Origin: a virus
DNA length: 64,000 nucleotides
Virus record (IMG/VR): IMGVR_UViG_3300025018_000102
Location: 1 to 64,000 of that record
Strand: one strand, 5' to 3'
Shown: one piece after another, positions 28,289 to 38,257 of the stretch
How positions within the stretch are numbered: position 1 is the first letter of the stretch
Layout: each line of letters begins with the position of its first letter
The notes under the pieces: generated by a model
Told to the model about the DNA's origin: nothing
The model's input: the letters and a program-made list of their open reading frames with translations, nothing else
Databases searched by the model: none
Made by a program: the position numbers and the translations under genes

Positions 28289-28652
28289 TTCGACTATTCC
28301 TCTGCGCCTCTTGCCAATGGCGGGCCGGGTTTGCTTTATCCGGGTCCATGATTGTAAAGGAGGAGAACCCTACGCTGCGTCTCTCGGCGTACACACTGCC
28401 ATGATCTCCTGGAGAGTCAATGCGAATGGCTGCAATGTAGGCATCGCCTACCGGGGGCGTGATGAGCCCTCTTATGCCTCCCCACTCAGATAGTTCATGG
28501 GTTTGGAAGATTGCCTCGATTGGGTCCTTGTACAGGTACGTCCACACGAGCATGCGGAAGCACATGGATGAGGGCAACAAGGCCTCGATGGCCGTGATGA
28601 GTTCTCCCACCTTTGGGTATTGTCCCCACAGCAGTGGCCAGGACCCGCTCAT
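28281..28652 (-). CDS. hypothetical protein
   Basis: ATG 28652 overlaps upstream stop. Confidence 0.6.
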   Translation of the reverse strand: MSGSWPLLWGQYPKVGELITAIEALLPSSMCFRMLVWTYLYKDPIEAIFQTHELSEWGGIRGLITPPVGDAYIAAIRIDSPGDHGSVYAERRSVGFSSFTIMDPDKANPARHWQEAQRNSRNV

Positions 28653-29242
28653 TCTTCGATCACCACAGTGAACTTCTCTCGCTCGAGTGGGACCAAAAAC
28701 GACTTGTTCCCCACAGGCCACAGGCTCTTTTGGGTGGGATGAATGTGCTGAGCCCACCAAGCCCTGGACTCTCTAGCCCAATCGGCCTCTTCCTCAATGA
28801 CCCACAGTTCCGGCCACTCTTCACATTTAGGGATTCGCTCGTACCTAAATGGGCCCGCGCCAGGATAGGATAGTTCAATGTAGTCAATCTTGACTAAGTG
28901 TGCGGTCTTCATCATGGCATGAAGAGCATCATGGGACACAAGTTCTTCCCAATCCTCCGCCGCAACTCTTGGCCATCGAACACGGCACACACTATAAGTG
29001 GGAATAATGGCCACAAAGTGCCTAAGCAGTGCACTCAGGGAAGGGTGTCGGATTATTACAGATCCTTGGATGGGACGTCCCCGCGCCGCCTCTTCCTCTT
29101 TCTTAGAGAAAGTTGAACCGAACTGATCGGCGTAGTCTCTCGAGACCGATGTTGCAGTATCCCCATGCGTGGGCGAAGTGCGGGTCGTTGGCTGCTCCGC
29201 CTGCGAACTCCCATCTCCAGACTCCTTCTCCGGTTGCTTCAT
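28649..29242 (-). CDS. hypothetical protein (true start probably downstream of 29100)
   Basis: Fills gap after terminase; 5' part overlaps terL. Confidence 0.5.
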   Translation of the reverse strand: MKQPEKESGDGSSQAEQPTTRTSPTHGDTATSVSRDYADQFGSTFSKKEEEAARGRPIQGSVIIRHPSLSALLRHFVAIIPTYSVCRVRWPRVAAEDWEELVSHDALHAMMKTAHLVKIDYIELSYPGAGPFRYERIPKCEEWPELWVIEEEADWARESRAWWAQHIHPTQKSLWPVGNKSFLVPLEREKFTVVIEE

Positions 29243-31994
29243 CGGTTTCCTTCCAGCGTTTGATGAGACGAGGCAAGTGAAGGAACAAACGATCCCCAGG
29301 AGCCTCGGGCCTCAGCTTGCCCTTGTGTTCCTGTGTAATACTAATGATCATCTGGCGCAAGTGATGAAGTGGAGGAATCTCGACGTCACCGTCCCGCCAA
29401 GCTGCCAAGGCCATGGAAAGAAAGGCAAATCGTCCGCAAGTGACTCGGTACTTGAATCGCAACAAAGGCCCCGCCTTGGCCACTGAGGCCTTGACTTTGC
29501 CCTTGTCGTGCCACTCTGCGGCCTCCTGGCTATTGCTATATGAAGCTAGGAAGACTTTGCGCGGGAACTTCTGGGCGAATGCGAGAGCCTCGTTCACGTT
29601 GGGCATGGCGTCCACCACACAGATCCCCACGTTGAACTCCTTCATCAGTTCCTCGCAGCGAACGAAGGGCGACACAGGCTCGTTCTTCTTGAAGTACTCG
29701 GGGTTGATGGACTCGATGACCTCCAAGTGCCGAATGCGCTTGCGAGTGCCATCTGGATTGATGTCAGCGATGACCACGTAGTTGTACCGACCGCCCTGGT
29801 CGATCCCCATTGCTGTTTTGGTGGCCATCCGTTCCTTCTGAGTCTCGTTGACCGCCCACTGGATCCCTGGGTTCACCGAGTCCTCAAGTTCCTTGATGGT
29901 GACGCCTCGGTTGGCTGCGTCGATGTACGGCACACCTAGGGCCGCGTTGAAAAACTCCTCCTTATTGGTCGTAGTAGTGTACTCGTGCCAGATTCCCGCA
30001 GTCGTTCGGTAGTGCGAGCAAAGTTGGGACACTGCGTAGGAGTTGTGATCGGCCCCTGGATTGCCTGCAATGTATCGGCCATTCTGTGGGTTGCGGATCG
30101 TGTAGCGGCACTTGGGGCACCGAATGTACACCTCACCGGGCCTCTTGGAATCGTCGGTGACGATGCAGTCAGGGAATGTGAGGGCGGGAGACATTCCGTC
30201 TGGGCAACCGCAATTATGAACAACCAATCCGCTTTCAAGTACAAAGTTATGGTCAGAGTCTGTGAAACATTGAGAGTCTTCGATAGTAATGTCGTACACA
30301 TAGGCTGACGCTTCCTCATACTCGACTGAGGTAACGTAAGTTGCGGACACGTCTTCGGACATCTTAGACCGATGGTAAAGTCCACGATCGTGGTAATTCA
30401 CAGCCCATGCAGGCTTCTTTCCCTCCTTAACCTTCAATTTTCGCACATAGGTAGGATACCCAGCACGCAATGCCAGCATCTGCACATCTTTTGCGAGTTG
30501 CCTACTGCATGTTGCGGCGGTCCATTCGCCTTCTAGTAGTGGTTCTTCATGGTCCGTGTGCCTCCGTTCCGCAGGGACTCGTCGCCTATGGCCATCACCC
30601 GCTAAATATGCATCAAGAACCCACGCCGCCTGGTAGGAGGATAGGCCTTCAAGAACTTTTGGCAATCGCTTGTTCCCACAGCCCCTAAGGCATCCCCTAA
30701 ACAACTCCAGCAAGTCAGGACGGGTGCTCAGGCCTATTGTGACAGTTTTATCGGTGGCATTGTAGGGTAGGTTGTTACTCTTAGCCCACTCAATAGCCTT
30801 ATGCCACAAATACTTATCCCTTAACTGAGATATCTCGATAACGGAAGAGTCCGGGTTTTTGAAAGATCCCTCAGCCAGGTAGGCTCCTACCATGACGAGA
30901 GTCAGTAGGTCATAGGGTGCTTGTACCTCATGCTTTTCGTGAACTCCGACTTTTGTGGCCAACACACAATTGTTGTTGGGCCTTTGAGATACCTGCCCTG
31001 AGCCCTGCAATAGATCCTTTGCCTCCACCCAGCGAACTTGATGAGCGACTCGACCTTCAAACGGGGCGAGATTGGTAACCGCAAACTGGTGGTTCGGGGT
31101 GCAGGTTACCGTATCCCCGTTTTTAAAGGTGACCTTTACAACTTGCTGTTTTCCGTTCTCATGAAAGTGCGAGATATCCCTAAACACGATGCGTTTGCGG
31201 TTAGTAGACAGGGATGCAGCCCTGTAACTTCTCCAGTCTACCTGGAGGTCTTTGAACGACCGAAGGAGAATCTTCTTAGTTTCCTTATGCTGTACCCAGA
31301 TCCTTTGGTCCCCTGCAAAACACTTAGAGTGCCATCGAAGTTGGGTTCCTCTTAGGTACCTAGCATGAATGTCGGAGTTAGGAGCCCCGGCCGTGCTCAT
31401 AAAGGTCTGTAGTTTGTATGGGCTAGCTGAGATACGGTGGAGGGTCTGGTCGATGTCCTTTGAGGACACGAGACGGACCTCATCGAACACGAGGTAGTCC
31501 ATCGGCACGGAGTCCTTCGATGCCGTCCCGCCCACATGGTAAAGGTAGAACGCGGATTTGCCTATGTTCTTGAGGTTCAACTTTCCGGAGTCTGAGGAGA
31601 TCGCCTTGATACTAGGGCATGACTCGATCATGGGCCCGAGGCGGTCTTTCGAAAGGTTCTGCACGCCATCATTGGTCGGGAAGTAGAACCCTGCCTTTCG
31701 GCCTTGGTGGTTCTCGAGCCACCAGAGCGCTCGGAGAAGTTGGTAGGACGTAGCGCCTAGCTGGGCTCCCTTGATCCACGTGATGGTGTGGTCGTGCTCC
31801 TTATGGTCCATGTAGATAGGCAGAAGGTACCTGTGGCGATCGAAGTCAACCGGGTTGTGGTCAACTTCGATGCCTGAGGTAAGCGCCCAGATGGGAAGGC
31901 TATCTTTGCCCAAGGAGGCAAGATCATCAATCGTGATGTCCTCAGGATTGATGATCTTGGCAGGTGTTTGGATGCTTGAGGATGCTTTAGTCAT
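29103..31994 (-). CDS. terL: terminase large subunit (GpA-like) with intein
   Basis: KGAQLGAT Walker A, FDEV Walker B, STA coupling motif, MGIDQG and DPHFAHA nuclease motifs. Confidence 0.85.
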   Translation of the reverse strand: MTKASSSIQTPAKIINPEDITIDDLASLGKDSLPIWALTSGIEVDHNPVDFDRHRYLLPIYMDHKEHDHTITWIKGAQLGATSYQLLRALWWLENHQGRKAGFYFPTNDGVQNLSKDRLGPMIESCPSIKAISSDSGKLNLKNIGKSAFYLYHVGGTASKDSVPMDYLVFDEVRLVSSKDIDQTLHRISASPYKLQTFMSTAGAPNSDIHARYLRGTQLRWHSKCFAGDQRIWVQHKETKKILLRSFKDLQVDWRSYRAASLSTNRKRIVFRDISHFHENGKQQVVKVTFKNGDTVTCTPNHQFAVTNLAPFEGRVAHQVRWVEAKDLLQGSGQVSQRPNNNCVLATKVGVHEKHEVQAPYDLLTLVMVGAYLAEGSFKNPDSSVIEISQLRDKYLWHKAIEWAKSNNLPYNATDKTVTIGLSTRPDLLELFRGCLRGCGNKRLPKVLEGLSSYQAAWVLDAYLAGDGHRRRVPAERRHTDHEEPLLEGEWTAATCSRQLAKDVQMLALRAGYPTYVRKLKVKEGKKPAWAVNYHDRGLYHRSKMSEDVSATYVTSVEYEEASAYVYDITIEDSQCFTDSDHNFVLESGLVVHNCGCPDGMSPALTFPDCIVTDDSKRPGEVYIRCPKCRYTIRNPQNGRYIAGNPGADHNSYAVSQLCSHYRTTAGIWHEYTTTTNKEEFFNAALGVPYIDAANRGVTIKELEDSVNPGIQWAVNETQKERMATKTAMGIDQGGRYNYVVIADINPDGTRKRIRHLEVIESINPEYFKKNEPVSPFVRCEELMKEFNVGICVVDAMPNVNEALAFAQKFPRKVFLASYSNSQEAAEWHDKGKVKASVAKAGPLLRFKYRVTCGRFAFLSMALAAWRDGDVEIPPLHHLRQMIISITQEHKGKLRPEAPGDRLFLHLPRLIKRWKETDEATGEGVWRWEFAGGAANDPHFAHAWGYCNIGLERLRRSVRFNFL
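30213..31322 (-). mobile_element. intein with LAGLIDADG homing endonuclease (370 aa)
   Basis: K|CFAGD N-terminus, CTPNHQF block B, GAYLAEGS and DAYLAGDG motifs, VYDITI..HNF..VVHN|C C-terminus. Confidence 0.92.
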
Positions 31995-33694
31995 GGAGTC
32001 TTTTCGTACCGAGCCTGCCCACAGTCCCAAAGCCTGTAGTAGCCCATATTATAGCCTGTTTTCCCTGGATAAGTCATCCTGTGGAGCCTTTCTTTGCCCT
32101 GAGTCCAGTAGAAGGATGGAGTTGGCTTGTTCTTCAACTGCCATCCGTCCTTGGTAAGATACTCTCCTGTACCATACCGCATATCCACGAAACTAGTCAC
32201 TTTCTTTTCGCCATAGACACTAAGCGCATGCTTTAGGAGACGCGTAAAAGCCCCAGGCACTACTACCCGAGGCTTGGTGCAGAAGCGGGAGATGTCCAAC
32301 GTGTCTTTCTTGGAAGCCCTCACTTGCAGCAGGGCGATGGGCTCGTTGCTGTACTCCAAGGAGAAGCACCGACCGGAGCCTTGCCCCATCAGGTGGTACT
32401 GGGAAAGAACTGACTTGTGCCCCTCAAGAAGGGTACATTCGCGCGCCCCTATTCGATCCTTTAGTAACCCACAGCGGTGCAAGATCATACTCTCCACCAC
32501 GTCAGGAGAGCGCCGGATCTCGTCTCCATAGAAGAACAGGGGTATGTACCCCTGGGCCAGGAACTTGCCTCTACGAGCCACGTGGTACTCAGGGCCCTTT
32601 AGGGGGTCGTAGTCGCAATGCCACCATAGTCCGTCACACTCGATGACTATTTTGTGGTCAGGGAGTACAAAGTCTGGGCGACACGATGTGCCCTCCAGGT
32701 ACTTATTGTGCACAAAGGGTATTCCTGCTCGATCCAGGATTTCTGCCACTGTAAGTTCAATATCCGTCATCGTGTCATGGATCTGGGCGGTAGGTATGAG
32801 GTGCGGACTGTCCCTTATTAGGGTTCGCACCTTGTCTTTGCCAAATCCACGTTTCTGGGCCCACTCCGCTCTAGTGAGTCCTCCAAGAAGTTCCAATGGT
32901 CCTCTTGTTACGGTTCCTAACAGCGCTAGATCCGCGCCATTCTTCAAGGCGCGCTTCACGACCATGACAGAGGACTTGAATTCGGTCCCGTTGACGCTAT
33001 TGGCGAAGACGGAACTTTGATCCGTCACACTGCCTCCGTAACTGATGAGCGTAATCCTTCCGGAAGAAAGCGCTCTTATCCTTGAGGATTCCCGTTGCTC
33101 GTCTTGGGACTTTCCTACTTTTAGGCAGTATTTGGGATCGGAGCGAAGTTTGTACAGAATGTTAGCGGCTCTCTTGTAGGGAACTTCTTCCCCCGTGGCT
33201 TTCACCCGCAGAACGCATCCTCCGGACGTCTGGTCTCCACTGTACTCAACCACTTCCAGGTTTCCTTTGGAGGCAGCGGCGACTTCTTCCTCAAAGGAAT
33301 ACGCCTTGAGAACTCCAATGTCCTCAGGGGGCTTTCCTGCCTTAAGAGCCTCTATTACGTGCTTTAGTGTGGCTGAGAACTCAGTGCTATCGGCCCGTTC
33401 GAAAGTTGACTGGGCTCTCCATGAACCTCCGTACTTCAAAAGCTTCAGGTATCCTCCTGATTCTTTAGTCACTAGGCCGAAGTGGGAGAAAGCCTTCATA
33501 GAGCCTATGCTCTCCGGGCTCGCTCCTCGCTGGAGCATCCTTCGCACACTAGCATAAGGCATGGAGAACACTAGCCCCTGGCTGTTCTCAAAGGTGCTTA
33601 CCTCATGGGATTTAGGCGCCAAGTGCACAAATCGTAACTGACCCTTGCTAAGGGCCTCCAGTTGCTCTTCATAAGTCTCCTTTGCGCGGGGCAT
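31991..33694 (-). CDS. free-standing Hef/Vsr-like (PD-D/ExK) endonuclease with N-terminal repeats and C-terminal GNAT-like domain
   Basis: RPDFVLPDHKIVIECDGLWWH; RIGAREC, ISRFCTK, SFVDMRYGTG, RLWDCG. Confidence 0.75.
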   Translation of the reverse strand: MPRAKETYEEQLEALSKGQLRFVHLAPKSHEVSTFENSQGLVFSMPYASVRRMLQRGASPESIGSMKAFSHFGLVTKESGGYLKLLKYGGSWRAQSTFERADSTEFSATLKHVIEALKAGKPPEDIGVLKAYSFEEEVAAASKGNLEVVEYSGDQTSGGCVLRVKATGEEVPYKRAANILYKLRSDPKYCLKVGKSQDEQRESSRIRALSSGRITLISYGGSVTDQSSVFANSVNGTEFKSSVMVVKRALKNGADLALLGTVTRGPLELLGGLTRAEWAQKRGFGKDKVRTLIRDSPHLIPTAQIHDTMTDIELTVAEILDRAGIPFVHNKYLEGTSCRPDFVLPDHKIVIECDGLWWHCDYDPLKGPEYHVARRGKFLAQGYIPLFFYGDEIRRSPDVVESMILHRCGLLKDRIGARECTLLEGHKSVLSQYHLMGQGSGRCFSLEYSNEPIALLQVRASKKDTLDISRFCTKPRVVVPGAFTRLLKHALSVYGEKKVTSFVDMRYGTGEYLTKDGWQLKNKPTPSFYWTQGKERLHRMTYPGKTGYNMGYYRLWDCGQARYEKTP

Positions 33695-33701
33695 TTAACA
33701 A

Positions 33702-33730
33702 AGAGTATCACTAGGTACAGAGTCTGTAAA
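33702..33730 (-). promoter_or_regulatory. sigma70-like promoter (leaderless candidate)
   Basis: TTTACA-17 bp-TACTCT with TGn; ATG 7 nt downstream. Confidence 0.55.
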
Positions 33731-33748
33731 GCAGGTTGGTACCCACAG

Positions 33749-34156
33749 TTACTCGATCTCAGTGCTCGCGATTTCAGCGGAATCCCAGTCGTCTGAGTCC
33801 TTGGAAACGGCCTTTTCGGCATCGTCCAAGCTGGAGAAGACTCGAGTGTCCACATGGCGATCAATGCCTCCATTGGCCTTCTGGTAGTAGTTCACCACGT
33901 ACACTGTAGGCTCTAGTTCGCCGACCTCCATCTCGTAGTCAAATGCCCTGTTTACATAGCCCTCGTCCTGTAGGATTTTGAAGCCCTTCAGGAACTCATC
34001 GACCTCATCCCTGTACTCCTCCGCATAGTCCTCATACGACCCCGTGTGGGCCTCAATGCCTTCCATGGCGATCTCCATGCCCGTCCGGGGCCGGAGGTAG
34101 GTGTAGGTGGCCCACTCGCTACTCTCAGTCTTGTAAGTGTAGGTGTAGATCTTCAT
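33749..34156 (-). CDS. hypothetical acidic protein
   Basis: 135-aa ORF. Confidence 0.65.
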   Translation of the reverse strand: MKIYTYTYKTESSEWATYTYLRPRTGMEIAMEGIEAHTGSYEDYAEEYRDEVDEFLKGFKILQDEGYVNRAFDYEMEVGELEPTVYVVNYYQKANGGIDRHVDTRVFSSLDDAEKAVSKDSDDWDSAEIASTEIE

Positions 34157-34451
34157 AGTCGCCCTGCTTCCTTCTCAATCTCTTCTGCCAATGCCCTAAT
34201 TTCTCTCGCCATGCCCTTGGTAGCTGCGTCCGATGTGCTCAGGTTGAGGTATTCCTTGGCCTTGCCCTGGAGGGCCTCCATAAGTTCCCTGATGCGATGG
34301 TGAGGACCTTTGCTCATGGCACCCTCCCAGTAATAAGCGCATACCCAGGTTTCGCTGGCTTTGCGGAAGTCATACCTTGCCCTCGTAGGTCACAATGATC
34401 CCCATGAAGGTTGGCCCCCCACGCTCCATGCGCTCGGTGTTCTGAGACCAC

Positions 34452-34811
34452 TCACTGATGGTGATCTTTCCTTCTGCCGCGAGACGCTCTCGCAGCAGCT
34501 CTGCCAAATCCAGCAGTCCGAGTTTTACTGTTTTTTGTACCTTCACTTTGGCTCTTTCTGGGCGCAATGCGAGCCCCTTTGGACACAATCTCGTTTCCTT
34601 TAGCATTGTTGCACTCCACGCACAAGATCTGGAGGTTGATTAGTTTGTTGGTGCCGCATCGGCTGAGAGGAATGAGGTGGTCAATCGTGGCATCATCCCT
34701 AGTCAGTTCAGTACGGCACCCTTGGCATACAAGGCCGTCACGCTCAATGAGCAACGTTAACTTAGCGCTCCTCCACTCTTTGTCAGAGATGCGCTTTACC
34801 TTGTATGCCAC
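34452..34811 (-). CDS. HNH endonuclease
   Basis: RDGLVCQGC...TIDHLIPLSRCGTN..INLQILCVECNNAKG. Confidence 0.85.
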   Translation of the reverse strand: MAYKVKRISDKEWRSAKLTLLIERDGLVCQGCRTELTRDDATIDHLIPLSRCGTNKLINLQILCVECNNAKGNEIVSKGARIAPRKSQSEGTKNSKTRTAGFGRAAARASRGRRKDHHQ

Positions 34812-34920
34812 AACTAACTCTCCGGGTTCTCTGGAAGGTCATTCTCGTGCGTGGGAGGCTCGTAGAGGTACGGGGCGACATAGCGCTCGTATGCCTTGGA
34901 CTTGAGTTTATCGAATAACT

Positions 34921-35343
34921 TCATAGACACCTTCCGTCCCAAACAACTTGCTCGCGGACTGAGTAGTAAAATCGAGTGCTCTTGTGATCCCAAGGAGTCA
35001 CAAGCACTTTCATGCCCTTCTTGTCGGCATGCTTGATTGCGGCCTTCATGAGTTTTGTGCCCACGCCTTGACGCCTGTACTGCGCCCCAACGTACACGTC
35101 AAGAACTTTGCCAGGATGCCCGTCGAAGTCGAGGTCATCCGAAATGCATGTCCACCCTATGATTTCCCCAGTAGGGGAGTAGGCCGCCCAGGCAGTGAGG
35201 GGGTCTTGGTCCTCCAGCATGTCATGCATCCGAGAGCAGATGCGGCCCCACCCACCATTGGTCAAGAACCTAAGACGATTGTACATCTTGGGATCCGAGT
35301 GGATCTGCTTGAACGATAGCCTTTTGACTTTACACGGGCTCAA
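34921..35343 (-). CDS. GNAT acetyltransferase
   Basis: VYVGAQYRRQGVGTKLM motif A; FY. Confidence 0.8.
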   Translation of the reverse strand: MSPCKVKRLSFKQIHSDPKMYNRLRFLTNGGWGRICSRMHDMLEDQDPLTAWAAYSPTGEIIGWTCISDDLDFDGHPGKVLDVYVGAQYRRQGVGTKLMKAAIKHADKKGMKVLVTPWDHKSTRFYYSVREQVVWDGRCL

Positions 35344-36145
35344 AATCTGTGCCCTCTCCAGGGTCCTTGGATCCTTCGGCCTCTACCTCGTCTTTGCCTT
35401 TGCCTTTTAGGAAGTTTGTTTGAGCATTCCCGATTGCTAGGAGCCCTGCGAGGGCCACATTGATGTCCAGCCGCTGGGCCACTGCCTGCTCCGCGATGGC
35501 CTGAATGGTGGCCTTGAGGCTTGGGTTGGCCGCCACGTACAAGTGAGTCTTCTTGCCGGCTGGGAAGATGAGGAAAGAATGGGGCACAGTGTGGCCATGT
35601 TCAGCCAGGATGGTCGAAACGATGTTGCCGATGTCATCGATCATTTTCACGGCCGCCGCGCTTGTGGAAGTCTCCATGACTTTCTTGGCCATGGTCTCCC
35701 CCAGTTCTCGTTCCTTCTCGTAGAACTGAGAGAACTTGTCCGCATCCTCGAATCCCATCTGTAGGTAGATGTCCTCGAAGTCGATGGAGTTCTCCTTAGA
35801 GAGTCGATCCACTTGGGCTGTGAAGGCTTCCTTGTCCAGTTGTCCTCGGACGTAGTTTCGGCGCACAGACTCGATCTCGGCCTTCACATCATCCCAGTCG
35901 TCTCGGATGATGCAAGGGAACTCCTCCATGCCTTCTGCGGAGCCCGCTCGGAAGCGGTGGTTGCCACTGATAATGGTGTAGCCTCCCTCGTCTCGAGGCA
36001 CTACGATCAGCGACTCGTCAAATCCGTTGGCTTTGATGGATTCACGAAGTTCCTTGAAAGCGTGCTTAGACTGCTTGTTGGAGTTGGACGGGTGCTCGTG
36101 AAGCTCCGCCTTGTGGATGAGAGTGGGGGTATGGACTTTAATCAT
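35330..36145 (-). CDS. ParB/Srx-like N-terminal domain protein
   Basis: LRESIKANGF...IISGNHRFRA. Confidence 0.8.
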   Translation of the reverse strand: MIKVHTPTLIHKAELHEHPSNSNKQSKHAFKELRESIKANGFDESLIVVPRDEGGYTIISGNHRFRAGSAEGMEEFPCIIRDDWDDVKAEIESVRRNYVRGQLDKEAFTAQVDRLSKENSIDFEDIYLQMGFEDADKFSQFYEKERELGETMAKKVMETSTSAAAVKMIDDIGNIVSTILAEHGHTVPHSFLIFPAGKKTHLYVAANPSLKATIQAIAEQAVAQRLDINVALAGLLAIGNAQTNFLKGKGKDEVEAEGSKDPGEGTDFEPV

Positions 36146-36175
36146 TTGCCTTGTACTCTGGGAGCTTTGCCTTTT

Positions 36176-36922
36176 TCACGGGAGGTCCTTCATGTCCTCA
36201 ATGTCCGCGAGCAGCTTGTGGTACGTAGAGTACTTGAGCATGGACAACTTGTGGCTGTCTAAGGTGATTCGGGTTCCTCGGAACTTCTTGGCCTTCTTGG
36301 CACCTTGTGGGCACATGAGAGGATCTGATGAGTCCCATACAAGGGACTCTCGGTGCTCCAGCCAGCTATCGAGCTGAGCTAGGACTCGCTTGGCGTTCTT
36401 CACTCGAACATGCCTGAACGGCTGTGTGCGGATGTCGGACACATGGGAGCCCGCTGGGCGCTCGTTGAAGCCCCAAGGGCCTGAGCCCCGAAGCTCCTGC
36501 ATGAGTGTGTGTCCCTCGCCGACCATTCCCCTTACATAGCATCCCACGGTGGCGATGTCTACTCGTATGCTCTTGGCGGGAGGAGCAGGCTCTTTGGTGC
36601 CAATGCGAAGCAGGATGGCAGGGATCTCCAAGTCCTCGAACACTGGCGAGGGATCTCCCATGCGAGCGTCACACAAGTAGACCATTGGACCCGCCTCTGC
36701 TAGTTCCTCGGTCTCTATGATGGGGTGGCCGGTTTCCTCGTCCACATCCAGCCACCACGGCTCTAAGCCGCTACGATTCACCGCAGCGTAAAGGTCCATG
36801 TGAGCAAGAGGAGACAGTAAAGGAGCCAGTGTTTGGCGGCCCTTGTGGTAGCACAGTGTCTCTAAAACAGCTTGAATGGCGATGCGCACATTCCCAAAAT
36901 ATAGGTCGTTATCGTTTACCAT
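36176..36922 (-). CDS. degenerate DegT/DnrJ sugar aminotransferase-like protein
   Basis: AAVNRSGLEPWWLDVDEETG resembles DegT N-domain; catalytic Lys motif not recognisable. Confidence 0.45.
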   Translation of the reverse strand: MVNDNDLYFGNVRIAIQAVLETLCYHKGRQTLAPLLSPLAHMDLYAAVNRSGLEPWWLDVDEETGHPIIETEELAEAGPMVYLCDARMGDPSPVFEDLEIPAILLRIGTKEPAPPAKSIRVDIATVGCYVRGMVGEGHTLMQELRGSGPWGFNERPAGSHVSDIRTQPFRHVRVKNAKRVLAQLDSWLEHRESLVWDSSDPLMCPQGAKKAKKFRGTRITLDSHKLSMLKYSTYHKLLADIEDMKDLP

Positions 36923-38257
36923 TTACTTCTTTCTTGCAATACCGCCTGTGCTGTCCATAAAGTACTCTTCGTAAGTAGCTGGGGAATCCCCTACTAGCTC
37001 CGCCACCTTTGCAGTTGTCTCTGCCCCTACTAGCGTCGTCAGTTTTGTAGTTGTCTCTGCGGTCAGTGATATGCCCGCACACCAGGCGTCAGAGTCATCT
37101 TCCTCCTTGGGCGGCACAAAGGGCCTGTTCTGAGACAGCGATGATCGCTTCCGATAGTTATTGAGGGAGGAGATCACCGCGGGCACTCCAAGCACCCTGG
37201 CCTTCTTCTGCATGTCCGAGATGAATGCGAGGGTAAAGCCCTGGGCCAAGGGGATAAGTTCGGGATAGTCTTTGAGCACTTCGGCAATGACGGCCGGGTC
37301 TGCGCCCTCTACTGTTTCAATCTCGTCGAACCTACCGGGCCGCATGCAAGCATCTGGAATCCCACCCAAGTGATTCGCAGAGGCCAGGACAATGATGCCT
37401 CTGGCCGCAAAGTCCTCCAGGAGCAGGATCAGCCGGGGATAGGCGCGCTCGTCTGCCCGGTCAATGTCATCCAGGATGATGACTCCTACTTCAACCAGAT
37501 CCAAGTGGCGTGAATTTAGGGACAAGGAAGAGGGCACCACAAGCACTGAGGTGTTGAGGGCACGAGCCATGTGCCTAATCATAGTGCTCTTGCCAGATCC
37601 TGGGGGCCCCTCGAACAGGTAACTCCTTGAGATGCCCGCCTTCCTGTAGGCGGTGAGTTCTGCGATGAACTGCTTTGTCCGCTCTCCTGCTACGTCTTGG
37701 GATATGTTGGGTGGGTCGATCGCCGTGATGGCCTCATTGGCGTCTAGAGAGGCCCAGGTCTCCTTGTGCCTGTCGAGGCCTTTGGATAGGTAGTAGGCGC
37801 TGATCACGTCTCTAGCGTGCTCGGATCTGCACATCGCAGTGTATATAGTGAACGTCTTGGTCTCCATGGAGTACCACACCTCACGGTTGGCCATCTTGCA
37901 CTTCACGTAGTGAACTGTGTCCGTGCTATCTAAAAGAGTGAAGTCATGAGCAGCAAGTACCACCTCGTGAGGCACGATAGTCCATACATCCTTGCTATAG
38001 GATTCAGGAAGAACAGTGTCCCAGCAAGCTGACGGGGGAGGTTCCCACCATCGGTGCGTCCTGTTCAACTCCTTGAGTTTGTCGTTATTGGCCGACAGGG
38101 CCATCATGAACGAGGTGACTCCGTGGGCTACCTTTGCCTTGTCACTCACTTCCACAAAAGGAGCAAGCAGCCCAGGAATCATAGCGGCAATGTCTTTAGT
38201 TGCGGAGCCCTTTGTTTCAGGGGGCGCAAAAGGAGACTTGACCACAGGCACAATCAC
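36923..38257 (-). CDS. AAA+ ATPase (BCS1/FtsH-like AAA domain)
   Basis: RSYLFEGPPGSGKST, IILDDID, SAN, RPGRFD. Confidence 0.85.
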   Translation of the reverse strand: MIVPVVKSPFAPPETKGSATKDIAAMIPGLLAPFVEVSDKAKVAHGVTSFMMALSANNDKLKELNRTHRWWEPPPSACWDTVLPESYSKDVWTIVPHEVVLAAHDFTLLDSTDTVHYVKCKMANREVWYSMETKTFTIYTAMCRSEHARDVISAYYLSKGLDRHKETWASLDANEAITAIDPPNISQDVAGERTKQFIAELTAYRKAGISRSYLFEGPPGSGKSTMIRHMARALNTSVLVVPSSLSLNSRHLDLVEVGVIILDDIDRADERAYPRLILLLEDFAARGIIVLASANHLGGIPDACMRPGRFDEIETVEGADPAVIAEVLKDYPELIPLAQGFTLAFISDMQKKARVLGVPAVISSLNNYRKRSSLSQNRPFVPPKEEDDSDAWCAGISLTAETTTKLTTLVGAETTAKVAELVGDSPATYEEYFMDSTGGIARKK

